Origin: the human T2T-CHM13v2.0 reference genome, Homo sapiens
NCBI RefSeq assembly: GCF_009914755.1
Contig: NC_060936.1
Direction: 5' to 3' (one strand)
Length of the DNA: 64,000 nucleotides
Below, in pieces: positions 58,272 through 64,000 of this stretch. Within the stretch, counting starts at the first letter, position 1. Each line of letters opens with the position of its first letter. A program made the translations under genes and the position numbers. Under the pieces are notes generated by a model. The model was not told where the DNA came from, ran no database searches, and was given only the letters and a program-made list of their open reading frames with translations.

Positions 58272-58565
58272 CAGGGGCCAGCAAACTTTCCATAAAGGGC
58301 CAGAGAGTCAATATTTTAGGCTTTGTGAGCCACAGGGTCTTTGCCACAACTACTCAATTCTGCCACCAATGTATGAGTATGGCTATATTTTAATAAAACT
58401 TTGTGTTTGCCCACCATAATTGGAATTTTGTGCAATTTTCACATTGTAAAACCTTATTTTGAATTCTTAACCATTTAAAAAATGTAAAGACTTTTAAACT
58501 CACAAAACATACAAGAACAGGTGGCAGGCTGGGCTTGACCCTCGAGCTGCAGCTTGCAGCCCCTG
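58272..58565. mobile_element. MER58-like hAT-Charlie MITE
   Basis: CAGGGG...CCCCTG termini, AAAGGGCCAGAGAGTCAATATTTTAGGCTTTG, 8-bp TSD GTCTATGT / GTTTATGT. Confidence 0.85.
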
Positions 58566-58787
58566 GTTTATGTGGAAGTCATCAACTGATGTCATGCCAC
58601 CCACAACCTGCACAACCTCACACAAAAGCCTTGTGCAAATGTGTAAAGCCTGAAAAATGCTGTGCCAAATTCCTAATACCTGTTACTTCTAGGGTCTGGG
58701 GAGGGGGAGAGAGGATGCAGAAGAGTTTACAAGTTTTATTTTATTTGCTGAGTGTATATATTTTTATCCATAGAAATACACAACCAA

Positions 58788-59100
<313 letters not shown>

Positions 59101-61179
59101 ATGTACAACCAATTCTTTGTAAAGACTCTAAAAATGGGTGGGTCTCAAGCCTATTGTGTATTTAGGGGGCAGAGATTCCCATGGCAGTCAGATCAGGGGT
59201 GATCTCTGGAGATGGGGAAGGAGTGGTATCTTGGAAGCAGGACATCGAGGGGTGAGGACAAGGTTTCATTCATGACCCTGCATCAGGCTTATACAAGGGA
59301 ATGCTTTATCATAAGTCATAAACTGTCATTTGTGTTTTATGCGCTTTTCACTGTGCCTCCAAAAGAAGATTCTGTGGTAGGCTAATCATTCCTCATTCTT
59401 TGGGAGACTTTCCAAACTTTTCTGAAGCTGAATCAGGATGCTGAGATTGACCACTAAAAATTATAATAAATTATGCAGCAATAAAATATCAAATCTAAAA
59501 TATTACTCTTTAATTCACGTCACTGCCACGAAACTCCAGTGTAACATGACGGAAGACTGATGGTTGCAAACATCCTCCACTCTAAACATCCCTCAGGTCT
59601 GAAGAAAGATCTGAGACCCAGTCACAGCTTAAGAAAGGCCTGTGGAAAAGCCGCACCATCAGAGCATGTCTTTGCCATTGGCACCACCTCCCTTCAACCC
59701 TCCCAGAGTCCACAGTCACAGAGGGAAAGGGGAGAGACTGATGTGCAGAATCCACTCTGGTCTCAATTTAACTTCAGAAATCGATGATGTTTCTAGATGA
59801 GGAGAATGGTTTCCTTGGACAATGAAGAGAATGCCGTGGTGTCCTAAATCCCCAAAGAGAAGCGCAGAGGATATTGACCAGGAACAAGAGGCCGTTTGAA
59901 AACACAGGAAGGACAGTGTCACGGGGCAATGAACGAGGGCTCTCACCCAAGGTCAGCCTGCACCCAGCCGTGAGCCTCCAAGAACACTCAAGCCTTCAAG
60001 CCTTCCTGCTTGCCTGTAAGTTTACCTCCCTCTGCTTTAGTCTAAAGCTTCTTCCCATATAAACTAAAATCATGTGAACCCATCTGTTTCATTATATGAG
60101 TCTTAACTGGAACCGATGGTTTGAAAGCATGAATCCCATGACACTTGGCACATGGGAGGTCGTGGCTGAATGTTGGATTTGCATTTGTAGGGCCAACGTG
60201 CTCTCTGAGGAGTTATGGAAGACAGCTCCTGTGTAGTCGGCAATTATCAGTGGGTCCCCTCTGAATGCCAGTGCCTTTGATCATTGGACTCAGTTTCCGT
60301 AGGAGTTGCATCTTCCAGGGAGTGGAGGATGTGTTCTAGGGGAGAGGGGAGTCTTAGGTTTGACTCATAAGTTTACTGCAATACACTCATCACGCAACTC
60401 CACTCCATCCCCCCACAGGCAACAGGACTGAACCTACTGCAAGTCAAGAAACACACAGAAGTTTCCAGGTAACAGAGTGCTGGATCAAAGTTCTGGGCAG
60501 GCTGGAAAAGCAATGCAATAACGCAAAGAAAAGCCACCTTGGGGGGATGGGCCTCCGTTTCCTCTTTGGTAACTCGAGGCGGGGATACTACTAATGCCCA
60601 TGGCAGTCCTCGTCACTTTCACCCCACGTTTCCCATGTTACGTCACTGGCTGTTCTAAGTGCACAATGCTTAACGTGGGGAATAAAGTGGGAGGTGGTTA
60701 AGGCTTAAACAGTGGTCCCTGGGGACACAAAACGTTCAGCTATCACTGAACTTTCACTATGTCCCAGGCACTGTCCTTAGCTGTTTCCAAATTTCACTCT
60801 TGAAATTCTCACCCCGGCCTCTGAGGCAGGCTTGACCATCACCTCATTGTACAGAAAAGGAAATGTGACACAGGGCCAATGTCACAGGCCAAGGAAGTCA
60901 GAGGAGCAGGATTCAGCCCCAGAACTCGGCACACAGTCAATGCTCACGAGTGGGATGTCAAGCTCTGATCGCCAAGTGGGGCAAGAAAATCATTCCCCAC
61001 AATTCCCCACAGTTCTTCGGGAACAGCACTGAAATGGATTGAGTTTTCTAAAAATAGTCTCATGAAAGAGTGAGAAAAAAACTGACCTTGTGGAACAAAA
61101 GCAACATTGCAATGAGAACGGCCCACCAGGAGAATGAGGAAACTCTTTTCTCCCCACTGTCTGACAGTAACGTGGACTG

Positions 61180-61400
61180 TGTGCCAGCTGCGGGCCAGGA
61201 ACTCTCTGGATCGTTGATACTCATCAGCTCCTCCTAAGTGGATGAGGTAGGTGTTGTGCTAGCACCCATTTTAAAGATATGGAAATGAGACACAGTTAGA
61301 TAAAATCCCAGCTCATCTTCACACAGCTAGCAAGCACCAGAGCTGGGATCTGAGCCGAGCCATCTGGCTGGAGACTCCCTCCCTCCTGACTGTGCTGCCT
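61180..61400 (-). mobile_element. MIR remnant
   Basis: GAGGTAGG...CCCATTTTAAAGATATGGAAATGAGACACAG...CACACAGCTAGCAAG. Confidence 0.65.
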
Positions 61401-61487
61401 TACTGAAACAGCCTCGGTCTACCAGATGACTTTTCAGAAGGCACCATCCAGCAACCTTGGACCTACTTTGTTTGCCCACATGGTATT

Positions 61488-61625
61488 TGCAATGACTGGA
61501 TGTTTATGCCCCTCCCCCAAATTAATGCTGAGATCTTAACCGAGGTGATGCTATTAGACGGCGAGCCCTATGCAAGACAATCAGGGAACAGAGTCCGGGG
61601 AACGGGATGGGTGCCCTTATAACAG
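61488..61625 (+). mobile_element. 5' part of a MaLR LTR (MLT1A-like) that runs into the VNTR
   Basis: ATGTTTATGCCCCTCCCCCAAATT...GCTGAGATCTTAACC...GTGATGCTATTAGA, colinear with the LTR at 28577. Confidence 0.7.
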
Positions 61626-64000
61626 AGTCCGGGGGAACGGGATGGCTGCCCTTGTAACAGAGTCCGGGGGAACGGGATGGGTGCCCTTATAACAGAGTCC
61701 GGGGGAACGGGATGGCTGCCCTTGTAACAGAGTCCGGGGGAACGGGATGGGTGCCCTTATAACAGAGTCCGGGGGAACGGGATGGGTGCCCTTGTAACGG
61801 AGTCCGGGGGAACGGGATGGGTGCCCTTGTAACAGAGTCCGGGGGAACGGGATGGGTGCCCTTATAACAGAGTCCGGGGGAACGGGATGGGTGCCCTTGT
61901 AACGGAGTCCAGGGGAACGGGATGGGTGCCCTTGTAACGGAGTCCGGGGGAACGGGATGGGTGCCCTTGTAACGGAGTCCGGGGGAACGGGATGGGTGCC
62001 CTTGTAACGGAGTCCGGGGGAACGGGATGGCTGCCCTTGTAACGGAGTCCGGGGGAACGGGATGGGTGCCCTTGTAACAGAGTCCGGGGGAACGGGATGG
62101 GTGCCCTTGTAACGGAGTCCGGGGGAACGGGATGGGTGCCCTTATAACAGAGTCCGGGGGAACGGGATGGGTGCCCTTATAACAGAGTCCGGGGGAACGG
62201 GATGGCTGCCCTTGTAACAGAGTCCGGGGGAACGGGATGGGTGCCCTTGTAACGGAGTCCGGGGGAACGGGATGGGTGCCCTTGTAACGGAGTCCGGGGG
62301 AACGGGATGGGTGCCCTTGTAACGGAGTCCGGGGGAACGGGATGGGTGCCCTTGTAACGGAGTCCGGGGGAACGGGATGGGTGCCCTTGTAACAGAGTCC
62401 AGGGGAACGGGATGGGTGCCCTTGTAACGGAGTCCGGGGGAACGGGATGGCTGCCCTTGTAACGGAGTCCGGGGGAACGGGATGGGTGCCCTTGTAACGG
62501 AGTCCGGGGGAACGGGATGGGTGCCCTTGTAACAGAGTCCGGGGGAACGGGATGGGTGCCCTTGTAACGGAGTCCGGGGGAACGGGATGGGTGCCCTTAT
62601 AACAGAGTCCGGGGGAACGGGATGGGTGCCCTTGTAACGGAGTCCAGGGGAACGGGATGGGTGCCCTTGTAACGGAGTCCGGGGGAACGGGATGGGTGCC
62701 CTTGTAACAGAGTCCGGGGGAACGGGATGGGTGCCCTTGTAACGGAGTCCGGGGGAACGGGATGGGTGCCCTTGTAACAGAGTCCGGGGGAACGGGATGG
62801 GTGCCCTTATAACAGAGTCCGGGGGAACGGGATGGGTGCCCTTGTAACGGAGTCCAGGGGAACGGGATGGGTGCCCTTGTAACGGAGTCCGGGGGAACGG
62901 GATGGGTGCCCTTGTAACGGAGTCCGGGGGAACGGGATGGGTGCCCTTGTAACAGAGTCCGGGGAAACGGGATGGGTGCCCTTGTAACGGAGTCCGGGGG
63001 AACGGGATGGGTGCCCTTATAACAGAGTCCGGGGGAACGGGATGGGTGCCCTTGTAACGGAGTCCGGGGGAACGGGATGGGTGCCCTTATAACAGAGTCC
63101 GGGGGAACGGGATGGGTGCCCTTGTAACGGAGTCCAGGGGAACGGGATGGGTGCCCTTGTAACGGAGTCCAGGGGAACGGGATGGGTGCCCTTATAACAG
63201 AGTCCGGGGGAGCGGGATGGGTGTAACAGAGTCCGGGGAAACGGGATGGGTGCCCTTGTAACAGAGTCCAGGGGAACGGGATGGGTGCCCTTGTAACGGA
63301 GTCCGGGGGAACGGGATGGCTGCCCTTGTAACAGAGTCCGGGGGAACGGGATGGGTGCCCTTATAACAGAGTCCGGGGGAACGGGATGGGTGCCCTTGTA
63401 ACGGAGTCCGGGGGAACGGGATGGGTGCCCTTATAACAGAGTCCGGGGGAACGGGATGGGTGCCCTTGTAACAGAGTCCAGGGGAACGGGATGGGTGCCC
63501 TTGTAACGGAGTCCGGGGGAACGGGATGGGTGCCCTTGTAACGGAGTCCAGGGGAACGGGATGGGTGCCCTTGTAACGGAGTCCGGGGGAACGGGATGGG
63601 TGCCCTTGTAACAGAGTCCGGGGGAACGGGATGGGTGCCCTTGTAACGGAGTCCGGGGGAACGGGATGGGTGCCCTTGTAACAGAGTCCGGGGGAACGGG
63701 ATGGGTGCCCTTATAACAGAGTCCGGGGGAACGGGATGGGTGCCCTTGTAACGGAGTCCAGGGGAACGGGATGGGTGCCCTTGTAACGGAGTCCGGGGGA
63801 ACGGGATGGGTGCCCTTGTAACGGAGTCCGGGGGAACGGGATGGGTGCCCTTGTAACAGAGTCCGGGGAAACGGGATGGGTGCCCTTGTAACGGAGTCCG
63901 GGGGAACGGGATGGGTGCCCTTATAACAGAGTCCGGGGGAACGGGATGGGTGCCCTTGTAACGGAGTCCGGGGGAACGGGATGGGTGCCCTTATAACAGA
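61587..64000. repeat. 35-bp minisatellite (VNTR), ~69 units, truncated by the window end
   Basis: Unit AACRGAGTCCRGGGGAACGGGATGGSTGCCCTTRT; one 34-bp first unit and one 29-bp deleted unit at 63196. Confidence 0.98.

Noticed and set aside
61587-64000. 35-bp repeats as a CRISPR array
   Set aside because: Units are directly adjacent with no unique spacers, there are no cas genes, and the context is primate DNA; it is a minisatellite.

Overview
Primate (human or great-ape type) genomic DNA with no recognisable host protein-coding exon; it reads as intergenic or deep intronic and is dominated by interspersed repeats. Main contents: a full-length ~6 kb LINE-1 (L1PA3-like, 4815-10846, +) with nonsense mutations in ORF1 and ORF2 and a mutated RT motif; about 17 Alu/FLAM copies, including an Alu nested in an Alu; MaLR, ERV1 and ERVL solo LTRs; old L1M, L2 and MIR remnants; and DNA-transposon MITEs. 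There are three large tandem arrays: a ~1.07 kb GT-rich array, a ~2.6 kb almost pure purine (GGAG/GGAAA) tract, and a 35-bp VNTR that runs off the right edge. I found no evidence of a new gene system. The most unusual signals are mechanistic scars: (1) a 361-bp local templated insertion whose two ends are each capped by a short fold-back inverted repeat, next to an (AT)n run; (2) one L1-endonuclease target site used twice, giving three TSD copies around an L1+Alu pair; (3) a VNTR that amplified the TATA-box segment of a MaLR LTR about 69 times and contains an exact 13-unit block duplication; (4) the purine tract, which also appears to have grown inside a MaLR LTR. Subfamily names come from remembered consensus motifs and need RepeatMasker/Dfam confirmation. 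The locus could not be identified from sequence alone.
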